Part shown: positions 13,161 to 26,500 of the stretch, piece after piece | How the letters are laid out: every line of letters begins with the position of its first letter | How positions within the stretch are numbered: the stretch's first letter is position 1 | Assembly: GCA_950097015.1 (NCBI GenBank) | Contig: CATNEN010000005.1 | Coordinates: forward strand, 4,216,001-4,280,000 | From: Macrostomum hystrix | Taxonomy: Eukaryota; Animalia; Platyhelminthes | Direction: 5' to 3' | DNA: 64,000 nt | Translations under genes and position numbers: made by a program | The notes under the pieces: model-generated | The model's input: the letters and a program-made list of their open reading frames with translations, nothing else | The model's database searches: none | Told to the model about the DNA's origin: nothing

Positions 13161-13879
13161 TCCTCAAGTATTCTTTGCCCTCTAAAGTTATCCGCTTCAT
13201 GTAACATTTTTACTTACAATAAAATACTCCTACTTGTTACTCAATGCTTTAGGATTTTATCAAAGTTATTCTCTTGCACTACATTTGTCAAGTCTATAAA
13301 AAACTATATAGTCGTAATCACTAATCGATTGGCTATGTATTTCAGTATTTATAAGCAGCAATATATTTAAAATTTTACAATTAAATTCTTCTAACTAATT
13401 TTACTTGCATGTGATTTATGTTCTCTTTCGATTTCTTTACTTAAATTTTTTGCATTTACCACACTACCCATGTTATAGTATGTTAAACAAATCTCAGCAT
13501 TCAGTTGCACCGATTGTGCCATTAAAGTGGTGATTTCTGAGTTTTTTGTCTTGCCGTTGCCTTTTTACATACGTGCCATAATTAAAGAAACGTTTTTAAA
13601 CTTTTAGTCAAATTTTCACAATTCATATTTTTTGTTTTTGTGGCTCTGCCGTTTTTAATGATTCATTCAATTAAATTTGTCAATTGTTTTTTTAAAAAGT
13701 TCTTATCTCAGTTTTCATATCTCAGTATCATAGACTTACTACTGACTTGCCGGAACTTAAAATTTAACCGACTTCATCTAGCTGTTAGCCAAATTAGCTA
13801 AATTAAACCACATACGGCCTTAGCAGCTCGCTGCTTTTAACTTTTTCTCACGCCGTCCACTGCCTAACCTTATTCTGTA

Positions 13880-14368
13880 TCATCTCTCCCGCGTCTCATC
13901 TCTCCCGTGTCTCATCTCTCCCGTGTCTTATCTCTCCCGTGTGTCATCTCTCCCGTGTCTCATCTCTCCCGTGTCTCATCTCTCCCGTGTCTTATCTCTC
14001 CCGTGTGTCATCTCTCCCGTGTCTCATCTCTCCCGTGTCTCATCTCTCCCGTGTCTCATCTCTCCCGTGTCTCATCTCTCCCGTGTCTCATCTCTCCCGT
14101 GTGTCATCTCTCCCCTGTCCCATCTCTCCCCCTGTCCCATCTCTCCCGTGTCTCATCTCTCCCGTGTGTCATCTCTCCCCTGTCCCATCTCTCCCCTGTC
14201 CCATCTCTCCCCTGTCCCATCTCTCCCCTGTCCCATCTCTCCCGTGTCTCATCTCTCCCCTGTCCCATCTCTCCCCTGTCTCATCTCTCCCGTGTCTCAT
14301 CTCTCCCCTGTCCCATCTCTCCCCTGTCCCATCTCTCCCCTGTCCCATCTCTCCCGTGTCTCATCTCT
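13880..14368. repeat. 16-bp pyrimidine-rich minisatellite (CATCTCTCCCGTGTCT and variants)
   Basis: Direct reading; the GTGTCT variant gives way to CTGTCC along the array. Confidence 0.92.
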
Positions 14369-14609
14369 TTAGTCCGCGTGTTTGTGAGGGTTTATGACCG
14401 CTGAATTTTACGAGCTTGATAAATAACGTTATTCCCGAAGTTTAAATGTTTCTGAGCTTGACTACATTAGTTTCGTTTAATAATGCGCTGGGGTATTTCG
14501 TTTTTACAGTATGTAATTTAATTTAATTTTTTGTTTAGCTACTGTGGCAAAAGGAAAACATTTTCATTAAAAACTGTTTTCAGCTGTTTTAATTTTAAAT
14601 CGTTTCGCA

Positions 14610-15266
14610 ATGGCAACCGCATCAGCCGCCGACTCGGACGATCAACGACGCGTCCTTGACTACATGCGCGACGCGAATAGGCCCTACAGTGCCAACGATA
14701 TATTTAGCAATCTGCACAAAGCGGTTGGAAAAACTGCTATTCAGAGAATTCTAGACACTCTTGTCGCCAATGACGATCTCGTCGAGAAAACCTACGGCAA
14801 GCAGAAAGTCTACGTTGCTAAACAATCAACCGCCAATCAATCGGCTCTGCCGGACGAATCGGAGAAGCGAGATTTAGAGACTCGAGCTCAGACAGCCGAA
14901 CGCGAGCTGGCCACTGAGCAGGCCGAGTTAAAGAGGCTTCAACGCGAACTGTCAGTCCTGCGTCAGCGACCGAGCTGCGATCAGTTGCGTGCTAAGCTAG
15001 CCGAATTGCAAGCCGAATTGGCTCCGAAACATGAGCGTCTGGCTGCGATGGATAGCGGCGAAGGTCGCAAAGTGACGCCCGAGCTGATGGCGGAGGCTAA
15101 AAAAATTCGCTCCGAATTAGTTACTGAGTGGCGCAAAAGGAAACGCGCCTGCAGCGATCTTATCGACTGCGTTCTTGAAGGCTATCCGGCTAGTAAGAAG
15201 GCCTTCTTTGAAGAGGTCGGCCTAGAGACTGACGAAGAGTACAAGGCGGTGATGCCGACGCTTTGA
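14610..15266 (+). CDS. PSMC3IP: HOP2 / TBPIP meiotic recombination protein, single exon, 218 aa
   Basis: Winged-helix N-terminus VLDYMRDANRPYSANDIFSNL..VGKTAIQRILDTL...EKTYGKQKVY, a coiled coil, and C-terminal EWRKRKRACSDLIDCVLEGYP.SKKAFFEEVGLETDE. AATAAA at 15362. Confidence 0.95.
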   Translation: MATASAADSDDQRRVLDYMRDANRPYSANDIFSNLHKAVGKTAIQRILDTLVANDDLVEKTYGKQKVYVAKQSTANQSALPDESEKRDLETRAQTAERELATEQAELKRLQRELSVLRQRPSCDQLRAKLAELQAELAPKHERLAAMDSGEGRKVTPELMAEAKKIRSELVTEWRKRKRACSDLIDCVLEGYPASKKAFFEEVGLETDEEYKAVMPTL

Positions 15267-15384
15267 ACTATGTATGCTTAGAACAGGTTCTAGTTCGGGT
15301 GGACATTGTTTGAACGAGGAACACAATTATCATATGCAGTGACGCTTTGCTGTCTCCATTTAATAAATGTGAGAACGTTCAGTG

Positions 15385-16500
15385 ATAGTATGTCTTCAGT
15401 GATGGCTTGTGTCTTCAGTGATGGCATGTGTCTTCAGTGATGGCTTGTGTCTTCAGTGAGGGCTTGTGTCTTCAGTGATGGCTTGTGTCTTCAGTGATGG
15501 CTTGTGTCTTCAGTGATGGCTTGTGTCTTCAGTGATGGCATGTGTCTTCAGTGATGGCTTGTGTCTTCAGTGATGGCTTGTGTCTTCAGTGATGGCTTGT
15601 GTCTTCAGTGATGGATTGTGTCTTCAGTGATGGCTTGTGTCTTCAGTGATGACTTGTGTCTTCAGTGATGGCTTGTGTCTTCAGTGATGGCTTGTGTCTT
15701 CAGTGATGGCATGTGTCTTCAGTGATGGCATGTGTCTTCAGTGATGGCTTGTGTCTTCAGTGATGGCTTGTGTCTTCAGTGATGGCTTGTGTCTTCAGTG
15801 ATGGCATGTGTCTTCAGTGATGGCTTGTGTCTTCAGTGATGGCTTGTGTCTTCAGTGATGGCTTGTGTCTTCAGTGATGGCTTGTGTCTTCAGTGATGGC
15901 TTGTGTCTTCAGTGATGGCATGTGTCTTTACTGATGGCTTGTGTCTTCAGTGATGGCTTGTGTCTTCAGTGATGGCTTGTGTCTTCAGTGATGGCTTGTG
16001 TCTTCAGTGATGGCTTGTGTCTTCAGTGATGGCTTGTGTCTTCAGTGATGGCTTGTGTCTTCAGTGATGGCTTGTGTCTTCAGTGATGGCTTGTGTCTTC
16101 AGTGATGGCATGTGTCTTTACTGATGGCTTGTGTCTTCAGTGATGGCTTGTGTCTTCAGTGATGGCTTGTGTCTTCAGTGATGGCTTGTGTCTTCAGTGA
16201 TGGCTTGTGTCTTCAGTGATGGGATGTGTCTTCAGTGATGGCTTGTGTCTTCAGTGATGGCTTGTGTCTTCAGTGATGGCTTGTGTCTTCAGTGATGGCT
16301 TGTGTCTTCAGTGATGGCTTGTGTCTTCAGTGATGGCATGTGTCTTTACTGATGGCTTGTGTCTTCAGTGATGGCTTGTGTCTTCAGTGATGGGATGTGT
16401 CTTCAGTGATGGCTTGTGTCGTCAGTGATGGGATGTGTCTTCAGCGATAGACTGTCTTCAGTGATGGACTGTCTTCAGCGATGGATTGTGTCTTCAGTGT
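15385..16500. repeat. 19-bp minisatellite (GTGTCTTCAGTGATGGCTT), roughly 55-58 copies
   Basis: Direct reading; it starts just after the HOP2 polyA signal. Confidence 0.95.
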
Positions 16501-16989
16501 CTTCAGGCAATTTACCCGAAGTAATATTTAAATCGGTTTATAAGTGGAACTGTTTTATCTCTTTTGTTCAGTCTGTTCTAAGCAAAATTTAGTGCTTGGT
16601 TTCGCAATTAATTTTTACAATCATCAAATAGTTTTCTCCTAAATTTTATATTAAAGCAGAATTTGTTGTAGTTTTCGCCAGAAATTCCTTCCTACTTTCA
16701 TTGTATTATTAAACAATGCATTTTCCCAAAAATATGGAATGTTTAAGTTCTGTCCAGTTTGTTTTACTTTGCAAAGGTTTATTTTTTTGTTTTTTTTACT
16801 ATTTGTTACATAGTTTAAATAAAAGCGGCCTTTAAACAAAAACTGCGTTTGTGCCGAAAAGCAAAAAATGTAACACTTTTTTACCAGTAAACTACTCTGG
16901 ACTCTGGTGTTAGTAGTTAGTGTAAACCTGAAGATGTACTGACGCAGTAAAGGTATTCAAAATCATACAAGGCGCCAAGTTACTCAGAT

Positions 16990-17125
16990 GGGACAGTGGC
17001 TCAGCTGCAGCTATTGATCAGATTTGCCCAAGCTGTGGTAATTCAGTCCATGGACTGGTACCCATTTTACAGCTGGTTAAGTTTGCTGGAGGGATTCGAA
17101 CTCGCGTCCTCTCTCCAGCAACAAT
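16990..17125 (-). mobile_element. Truncated tRNA-derived SINE, family 1 (CORE-like)
   Basis: Reverse complement contains GTTCGAATCC (B box), CCAGCTGTAAAATGGGTACC and CCATGGACTGAA, shared with the other copies. Confidence 0.5.
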
Positions 17126-17519
17126 ACAATAATGCATATAACTAATAGTAGGACATTTTGGGCGTATGTTTCACGTTGCAATAAATTTCTTGTATCCTAT
17201 AGATGCACCACATTGATCTGTGTTTTCAATACACAATTTACTCGAAGTTAGTCTAATTGGGTTAGAAGAGTAACACAAAGGTTAGGAAAAGTAAGTTATG
17301 CGTATTCTGACTTCGAGATTCGAACTCGCGACCTTTAAATTTCGTGGCGACTAACTTAACTTGGGCCATTGAAAACATACTACACAAGGTTAATCGCGCG
17401 AATTTAAGCTTTAGGAACTGGACAATCGTGGAAACAAGTAGATTAAGTATAATCTATTATTTTTACTTTTCTCCGATTCCAGTAAAATTTAAACTATAAA
17501 CCGTATCTGAAAAAAAGAA

Positions 17520-20500
17520 ATGATTGATCAAGACGAAGACGGTCAGTTCTGCAAGAGGCCGTCTGCAAAAGACGACTTTCTTGACCTAGTTAATCAGAGG
17601 TGAGTCGAACTTTCTTAAAATGTTAAAAGCTCTTACTTAGCCGATATGTATAGAAAATAGTCTATCTTCTGGTGCTTAATCCCACAGTGAATCATTGGCC
17701 AAACAGACTAAAAGATCAAAGAAAAGTTCTCAAGCGTCTAGCTCACAGAAAGTTGCTGAATCCGCTGAAGATTTATTGGACAGTAAGTTTTTGCTTTATT
17801 TTGCTATTCAAGAAAAAATATAATTTTCTGTATATACTATATACTAAAGCTACTAACAATTATTTTGTTGATTATATTTATGATAATAATAAGACACTTC
17901 ACTTAATTACAGAGCACGACAGGCACATCACTTCTATTCTGTCGGAAATTCGAGTAAGCCTTGTCCCCTGTGTCTAGCCATAGCTAGTTGTTTAGTTATG
18001 AAGAATTACTTGCATTTTTAATCCCCTCCAAACAGGAGTGCAGCTTCTCGGATCGTCCAACAAATCCGCCAGCTTTGAGCATATCCGCATGTCCGATGGG
18101 ATTTCCCAGAGCTTTCCATCGCAACGACACGGCGTCATTGACAACAGCAGCTGTGCCGACTGGCCAGGTTTCATCGACTGCTAGCTTGCCGAGTGGTAGA
18201 AAGCCGAGCCTCTTCGCTCTTAGAATGCAGCAGCAGCAGCAGCAGCAGCAGCAGCTACAGCCAAACTCTGAGTCAACTGAACCCTCTGACTCCGCGAATG
18301 GTTTGTGTGTTATAATTCATGCTGTCTTAAATCCTTAAAAACACTGCTAATGTACTTTTCTTTTAAATATCCAAGATCCTCAGGATTTCCCATTGACTCC
18401 TCCAAGATCCTCAGGTTTGACCTCCCATTGACTCCTCCAAGATCCTCAGGTTTGACCTCCCATTGACTCCTCCAAGATCCTCAGGATTGAACACCCATTG
18501 ACTCCTCCAAGATCCTCAGGATTGAACTCCCATTGACTCCTCCAAGATCCTCAGGATTGAACTCCCATTGACTCCTCCAAGATCCTCAGGATTGACCTCC
18601 CATTGACTCCTCCAAGATCCTCAGGATTGAACACCCATTGACTCCTCCAAGATCCTCAGGATTGAACTCCCATTGACTCCTCCAAGAACCTCAGGTCTGA
18701 CTCCCCTTGACCCTCTCTCAGAATCTCAATTTCGACCTCATTATATCTGTCCTAGACAGCTTCTCCTGAAAATTCACAATGCGCCGCGTTCCTGAATCAT
18801 CTAGCTCCGAGTCGTCCAATCTCTCGCATCTTGACTGGCAGCGGCGTGTCGCCGTTTGCTCCAGACAAAGCCGTGCAAGACATCTCCGAGGAGAATTGGC
18901 GTCGTCTGGAAAGCCTGTCTAGGGATGAGATTCTGCGCGAGAAGAAACGATTGGAAGATAGCATTGGTAAGATAACTTCTGCCTTGACTTTCTTATCGTC
19001 AGGAAGTGTTCACTTTCACTGCGCCTTGGTGGTTGGCTCTCGACGCCACGGAATCGAACTCATACTTAATATTTGGCCTTCTTAAAATCATATTTTCTAG
19101 ATCCTAGACTGCTAGCATTCTTCAAGCAAGCAAAAAAGGACTCAAAACAGCAGCAGCAGCAGCAGCCGCAGCGAGCTTCCAAAACAAAGCAGAATAAAAG
19201 ATCCGACAACCGTAGGGAATGCATTCCGTGCGAATCGGCCGCATCAACTCCGCGACTTGAGTCAGAAAAGCTCGCGTGGACACGCGATCCAGATTTGCCT
19301 CCTCCAAACACTGCTGTTGCTGCCAGCCAGGCCAGGTTTGACCTCGAGGGCCGACTAGTACCGCCCGACTCCGACCTGCCAACTCACCTAGGCCTGCATC
19401 ATCACGGCGATGAGCCGCACAAGGCGGGCTATTCTGTGCCTGAGCTGTTCACACTGGCGAGGTCTACTGTGCTGCAGCAGCGGGTGCTGGCGTTTGGAGT
19501 ACTTGCTCGGTGAGTCTTTGTTTTTGTTGTCTCGGCTTAGTGTTGTTTCTATTTCGCAGTGGGGATTGTGTATTTCACACCTCCAGTCAGTGGGGTTTGT
19601 GTATTTCACACCTCCAGTCAGTGGGGTTTGTGTATTTCACACCTCCAGTGAGTGTTGCTTGTGTATTTCACACCTCCAGTCAGTGGTGCTTGTGTATTTC
19701 ACACCTCCAGTCAGTGGTGCTTGTGTATTTCACACCTCCAGTCAGTGGTGCTTGTGTATTTCACACCTCCAGTCTGTGGGGTTTGTCTATTTCACACCTC
19801 CAGTCAGTGGGGTTTGTGTATTTCACACCTCCAGTCAGTGGGGTTTGTGTATTTCACACCTCCAGTCAGTGGGGTTTGTGTATTTCACACCTCCAGTCAG
19901 TGGGGTTTGTGTATTTCACACCTCCAGTCAGTGGGGTTTGTGTATTTCACACCTCCAGTCAGTGGGGTTTGTGTATTTCACACCTCCAGTCAGTAGCGGT
20001 TTGTGTATTTCACTCCTCCAGTCAGTGGTGCTTGTGTATTTCACTCCTCCAGTCAGTGGTGCTTGTGTATTTCACACCTCCAGTCTGTGGGGTTTGTCTA
20101 TTTCACACCTCTAGTTGTTATTTCATCACCCAACCGCACGCAGAGCCCTAGATCGCTGGCATTGCGGCCAGCTGTCCGACAGCCTGCAGGGCTGCCTGCC
20201 GGAGCAGCTGCAGGACTCTGGCCTTCTGTTTCTCTGCCGCGTCGCCTTAGACGACGCCAACGCGCCGCTGGCTGGCTTAGAAGCCGCGCTGGACTGTCTG
20301 AGGGCGGTCATGGCGCCCAACTGCGAAATCGAAGAGGTCCGCCTCGGTCGGGCTCAACAGTGGACTCGAAACTGTTGCTATGCTTCTCCAGCCGTTGCTA
20401 TGCGACCAGATCTGCGCGAGGCCAATCTAGAAGGCGAAGAAGCCATCGACATAGACGATAGCGAAGATCAAGGAGAATCGGACGACGATCTGATGCGTCG

Positions 20501-23500
20501 CGATCCGTGTCAGGGCCTGCTGCGAACTCGACTCCTGGCTCGATTGGCCCGCCTGCTGCCACGGCTGGGTCCGCTGGGTCTGGCTGCCAGCGCTGCTGTT
20601 CTGACTCGCCTCGTCAGGCACGGCCGGCGTGCAGCCAGGCTAGTGGCTGAGGCTCCCGGCGGTCTGGCCTCCGAGCTCATCAGCAGGTTGGCGAATCTTT
20701 AATGCACCTAGCATTCCCTTGTTGCGTGACACCCGATTCTCTCGCCCCATTGCACTCATACGCATAATTGTCTACCCAGACAGCTCACTGTCTACTCAGA
20801 CACATATTTTCTACTCGGACAGCTCATTGTCTACTCAGGCACCTATTGTCTACTCAGACACCTCATTGTCTACTCAGACACCTCATTGTCTACTCAGACA
20901 CCTCAATATATATTTCAAATAACTAGGTTGAAATCGAGCCTTTGACTTTGATTGATTAAAGGTCGGGAGCTCGAATCGCACCCCAGAAAAAACAACTTGT
21001 GTCACTAAGCAGTGGGTGCACTCAATCTCTAAGTGTTTCAGTTGCCCAAGCTGCAATATTCTTAGTCTACCTTGAGGACGCAGTTTTCAGCTGGTACATA
21101 TGCATTTGCATTTTTATCCCAACTCTGGCCTTCAGGTGCCTATCAGAGGATGTTCAGTCGGGTTCAGCGGCCAGTCCGCAATCGCCAGCTCTGTGGGCAT
21201 TCCGTCTGGCTCGCTGTCTCTGGCTGTCCCTGCCTCAGCCGTTGAATGCCCCGATTGCGCCTGCGCTGGCCCAAGCGGCTCGGAAAACAGCCCTAGCCCT
21301 GGTGTGGCCTGGCCCAGCCGCTGCTGAACCGCTTTGGCTTCGGGCGGCTATGAATTGTTCGCCACTTCTGGCCGAAAATCAGAGATGCTTAGCTGAATGC
21401 GCCCCGGACCAGCTGGCCCCACTAATGCGCAGGTGTATTCGCGATGCCGACCTCATCACCGCTGAAGCTGTCGCCGGCTTGTTGGAGTCAACAATTCAGG
21501 CTTCCGAAACTGATGAAGCTTTGGAAACTGTTGATGCCACTTCTAGCATTGTTTGGGAGGTGAGTTTGATCATATAAATTATAATTGCAGGGGGACTGCA
21601 GCTGCAGTGGTGCAGCAGCAGGCCACGAAGTCCGGTGCGCGGAAGGTACTGGTTGATGTACCAGTCGGCATTGACTGTACGCCTGTCTTGGAGCGCTACA
21701 GTCTCCAGGTGGCCAGCCTGGCTGAAGAAAGTCGCCACCATCCGCTTCCCGACGCTGCGGGCCCCCTTGACCTTCGTTGGAGTGGCATCATCCGGAAGGA
21801 ACCAAACTGCCGACTGCTGCTTGGTTTCCGGGTCGTACTGGTAGACCCAGGTCTCATCGCCTGTGACAATCTCCTAGCATCGCTTCGAGGTTCCAGAATC
21901 GAATCTTTCGAGCATGAATTCGCACCAACACGCCGTCTCCGCTTTCTGGTCCTCCGTCAGGTTGTGGGGCATCCATCGGGCACATCGCCTGGAGGCTCCC
22001 AGCTTGTCGTGTAGGATGGTCGTAACCGCTGCCGAGCCAAGAGCCTCTCTGATCTCAGTACAGGTCACTCGCCGGTCTTCGTCGATCATTCTCCGTCGAC
22101 CTTGATCAAGGCTGCTCCGGCCCCACTTGCATTCGCTGTACCACCGAAAAACGGTCTCCAAAGGCAGCACGTATTGCTCTTGCGTGAGACCTTTATGCTG
22201 TGCCTAAACTATCATGGCAGTTGCGGTTTGTCAACTCCATTAGAGCGATTACAGTTTGGGTGTATTAAATTTGAAGAGCGATTGTGGAAAATTGACAAGA
22301 GCGCAAAGGCTGAAAATGTATACTCAATCATTTTTAAGGTGGTAGAGTATGTACATTAAAAGGCGTGCAGCTGCGACTTATGAGTCAGCCGTATCTCAAA
22401 ACCTTTAGTACGCTCCTCGTACCAGCTACTAGTAGTAGTCTCGTGTGCGGCTATCCTCTTGGCAAAACTTTTTTCTATTGATAGGTTAACAAAATCCCAG
22501 CATCTCGACTTAGGCACTGCTATATACCCAGCTTAAAAGTGGTCTAAGGACTAAGTTCAAAGCCCAAGGAAAACTCGCGACTTGGAGGTCGGAAGTTCGA
22601 TTCCCGACTCAACTAGAACAGCTTTTGTCCATTTAGAAAGACACTTAACTCTGCATTGCTTCAGCTCACAGCTGTTAAATCGGTGCCAGCATCAGCTGGG
22701 GTAATTAAGGGTGGGTGTAGCGTCTCCCCAGTCCATGGACTGAACAGCTGTACGCAGCTTTCAGATGCATCGCGCAATACCCAATTGGGTCAATTGTAAG
22801 CAATTATATTTCTCTTGTCACACTCACTAGCAAGTTTCAAAATTGACAATGGTCTACTTCCTGTATACAGACAAACTAAACTTGCGCCAAAGAACTAGTC
22901 TTAACGGTTGATCTTCCAACTATAAAATCTATTTTTAATTTTTCTTTGACTCTAATTTGTTTATATAATAGTTAATATTATCAATTTGCGTCAAATGTTT
23001 AGTAGCCTAGAATTCCAACTTATAGTTATAAACTTTCGATATCGAATTCGGTTTTAATTGTCAAATAAGTTTCAATTTTTAGCCTGTGATGTAGCTTTGA
23101 AATAACTTTATTAACATTAATTCAAATTTCGCATTAGCATTTAGCATTAGTCATAGTCAAAGTCCTAGCAGTAGGATTGTTGTATTGTTTTAAGAACTAC
23201 AGTATATCACACACCTCCATGTCATCAGGTTTATAATAATAATAATCATTGCAGGAGGGCTGCGGGAAATGGCACATAATTTGGTGACACTAGACCCACA
23301 GCCAGCGAGGAGAGAATTCGGCCCATTTGACTCCTGAGCACACACGCACACAGATACCGTATGCAGGCACACGCTCACACAAGTGTGTACATCTGCCCTG
23401 ACTTTCTCATCGTCAGGCAGTGTACACTTTCACTGTGCCTTGGAGGTTGGCCCTCAAGGGCGTAAATTGCACGACAAGCCCCCAAGCCTTCTCTACGCGA

Positions 23501-26500
23501 TGGCGCCCCAAAATGAATGTGGCCTCGCCGTGGAATCGAGCTCAGGGACCTTGGTGCGAGAGGCAAACGCGTTAACCGCTCTGCCACCGACCCCCTAGAT
23601 CCTCAGGTTAAGGATATCACCCACTTCCGGATTCCTAGATTTTAGACGTCACCCACTTTAAAAATCCTCTGCATCAAAAGTTAACAAGCTCCTAGATCTT
23701 CTAGCACTTGAGCGCTCGCTGCCCGTCCCTTCAGGTTGCGTCGGCGTGGGCCGCAAGTCATGCTGGCTCTTCCGTCAGCCATTCAACCGGCACGGCTGTC
23801 ATGCTGCTGCGTTGTAGACTATCAGCTCTGATTGCTCGTCATTCAACAACAGACCCGGCTAGGCTGCATCGAGAAGCTGATGCCGTTGTCAATCGTACAG
23901 TCAATCTGCTTCGCTGCCTATTAAATCAGCTGTCAATGTTGACAGGTCGCTATCGTCAATCGGCTAGCATTGTGCTCAGCTCTCGACGTTGCGGTAGATC
24001 GGCTCGACTAGCTAGCCTGACTTCTCGACGACTGCCTCAGCTGACTTCACTGGCGGTGTTCTACGCTGCAGGAGTAAATCCGCCAGCAGATGACATTGGG
24101 AAGCATGAACAAGTGACCAAGGCGTCTCTGTTTGAATCCATTGACGTAGACGAAGATCGCCCTAGCCAGATTGGAAGCTGTGTCAGCAACAGCTGGTGCG
24201 GTGTCCTGTTGCAGACACTTCTGCTGTGTCGACTGGTTGTTGAAAAACTGCCCCAGCTGCTGTGTGAAGATGATCTGCGATTGGTGAGTTCACTATCCAC
24301 TATACACTTTTCACTGTCATATAGCACCATCACAAATTCACAATTTCATTGGTCATTTATCCCACTCGACTGGATGCTTTGGTTGCTCATTTGTCCCATT
24401 CTACTGGATGCTTTGGTTGGTCATTTATCCCATTCTACTGCATGCTTTGGTTGGTCATTTGTCCCATTCTACTGTTTGCTTTGGTTGGTCATTTGTCCCA
24501 TTCTACTGGATGCTTTGGTTGGTCATTCATCCCAATCTACTGGGTGCTTTGGTTGGTCATTTATCCCATTCTACTGCATGCTTTGGTTGGTCATTTATCC
24601 CATTGTTTGTTGACAATAAATAAGCTAAACGCTATAAAAGGCCTGTTGTAAATTGTAAACTGCAGCCATACACTTTGAGTACATAATTCGGTTTACAAAA
24701 AAGTCATGGGCGTCGATTTTTCAAGGTGCATTTGTGTTGAAAGACATGCGCAATAACGTTGTAGCTGTACAATAGTACACCTTCTCTCACAATCAGTAAT
24801 GTTAAAAGTCGCGTTATTTTTTTAGTGGCTAGAGTTCCGATATCATGAGCTTTTCCTGTGAGTTCTGATCTCGTAGATGAAGTTGTCGAAAACTCCAGTT
24901 CGCTTGATTTCCGGTTTGCAGATTTTCCTGTCGCGCAGTTTACTTTTTCTCAGCCAACACGTCTAGTACCGTCGCGTGATTTCTAGTGCGTAATTTCCAG
25001 CAACCAGATATCATCACTGTAAACTATAAAACATGTGCTTTCAGCCTAGGTGTCGCATGAGAGCAAGATACACAATCATGTCTTTTTCATCTCGGGTCGT
25101 TCATATACTGCGTGGCACACAACATGGCGCATCAGTCAGCTGTAGTATTTTAGTTTGTGTTTGAAGATAGTATTGAATTGCAAAATATTATAAGCATTTT
25201 GGTAGACTGTAAACTTTTCTGTACTGTTTCAACTGCATCAGAAGAATATATTCAAAGCCAGCCTACGTGGGTGATCTGATAAGTAGGTTAGGTCGGTTAC
25301 GTGGGTCTATACAATAACTGAAAGAACGATACTTCCATATACAAAACTCCTCACCTAAAGAAACTTTTGACAACGCCAAAGTACGAGCACTAACACAGTC
25401 CCTATGCGTGCTATTATCCTATTCTATTGGATGCTTTGGTTGGTCATTTATCCCATTCTACTGCGTGCTTTAGTTGCTCATTTATCCCAATCTACTGGGT
25501 GCTTTGGTTGGTCATTTATCCCATTCTACTGGATGCCTTTGTTGGTCATTTATCCCATTCTACTGGATGCCTTTGTTGGTCATTTATCCCATTCTATAGT
25601 TTAGACAATATGCAAACCTTACTTTATTCGCTTAAACTTCGAAATCCCACAAAAATCTTCAGCTGTCCAACTGCCTATCGGACCTGTTATCTAGCGGCTT
25701 TGATCTAGCCGCTCACCCCATCGGCTCGCTGTGCTGCGGCTTCATTGATGTCGAATTGCGACTCCTGTGCGAAGCGGCGCATCTGGCTAGACGCCTGTCC
25801 AGTCATTGTGCAGCGCTTCAGTCGGCAGCGCCATCGGCTAGTCTAGTGACTTTCTTGGCCGGATCCCTCACTGCAGGCATGTCTGCTGAGCTGCAGCAGC
25901 TGTTCGATTGGCTGCTGTTTACGCCAGACTTTCTTGACTCGCTTGGCCAATCAGAAGATTCCGAAGACTCCAAGCTGAAGGCTAGCAGTTGCCTAGCAAC
26001 AGCCAGAGATGTCTACTCATCCATGATTGCAACAAATCGCAACGGTGTCGCCCTGATTGGTCCTCTGCTGCCGCAGGATTGGATTTGGTTGCCATTGTTG
26101 TCGGCTTCGACAACTGCCGATGACCCGGAAGCTGCCTGTGTCAACGCTGACGAAGACAAAGCCAGGGAGGCTGCGGCCTGCTGGGCGGCTCTGCTGGACA
26201 GTCGCGGCCTCGCACCAGCCGCCTGTCCAGCTGCTCGACTGGCTCGACTGCTCGCCGTCCTGTCGGCGTCCGGATCTCCAACGCCGGTTGCGTTGACGCC
26301 GCTGGTGGCAGCCTGCTGTAGGCATCGGTTCCTGCGATCTTTGGACACTGAAGCCTCGGTGCCCGGAGTTGCCAGCTTCTACGACGCGTGGACAGACGCA
26401 CTGAGGCACTATCAGGTCTGGCTGTTAGCAATCTCCGATTGTTCTGATTTTTTCATGATTTATCAAGGTTTTTAGCCTTTTGGTTAGAGCCTCTGAATCG

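Noticed and set aside
10033-16500. CRISPR-like appearance of the regular arrays
   Set aside because: Units are head-to-tail with no unique spacers, there are no cas genes, and the context is eukaryotic introns.
12676-20151. Long repetitive ORFs (12676-13370, 13907-14404, 19410-20151)
   Set aside because: They are translations of minisatellites in several frames at once and lie in introns or intergenic DNA.
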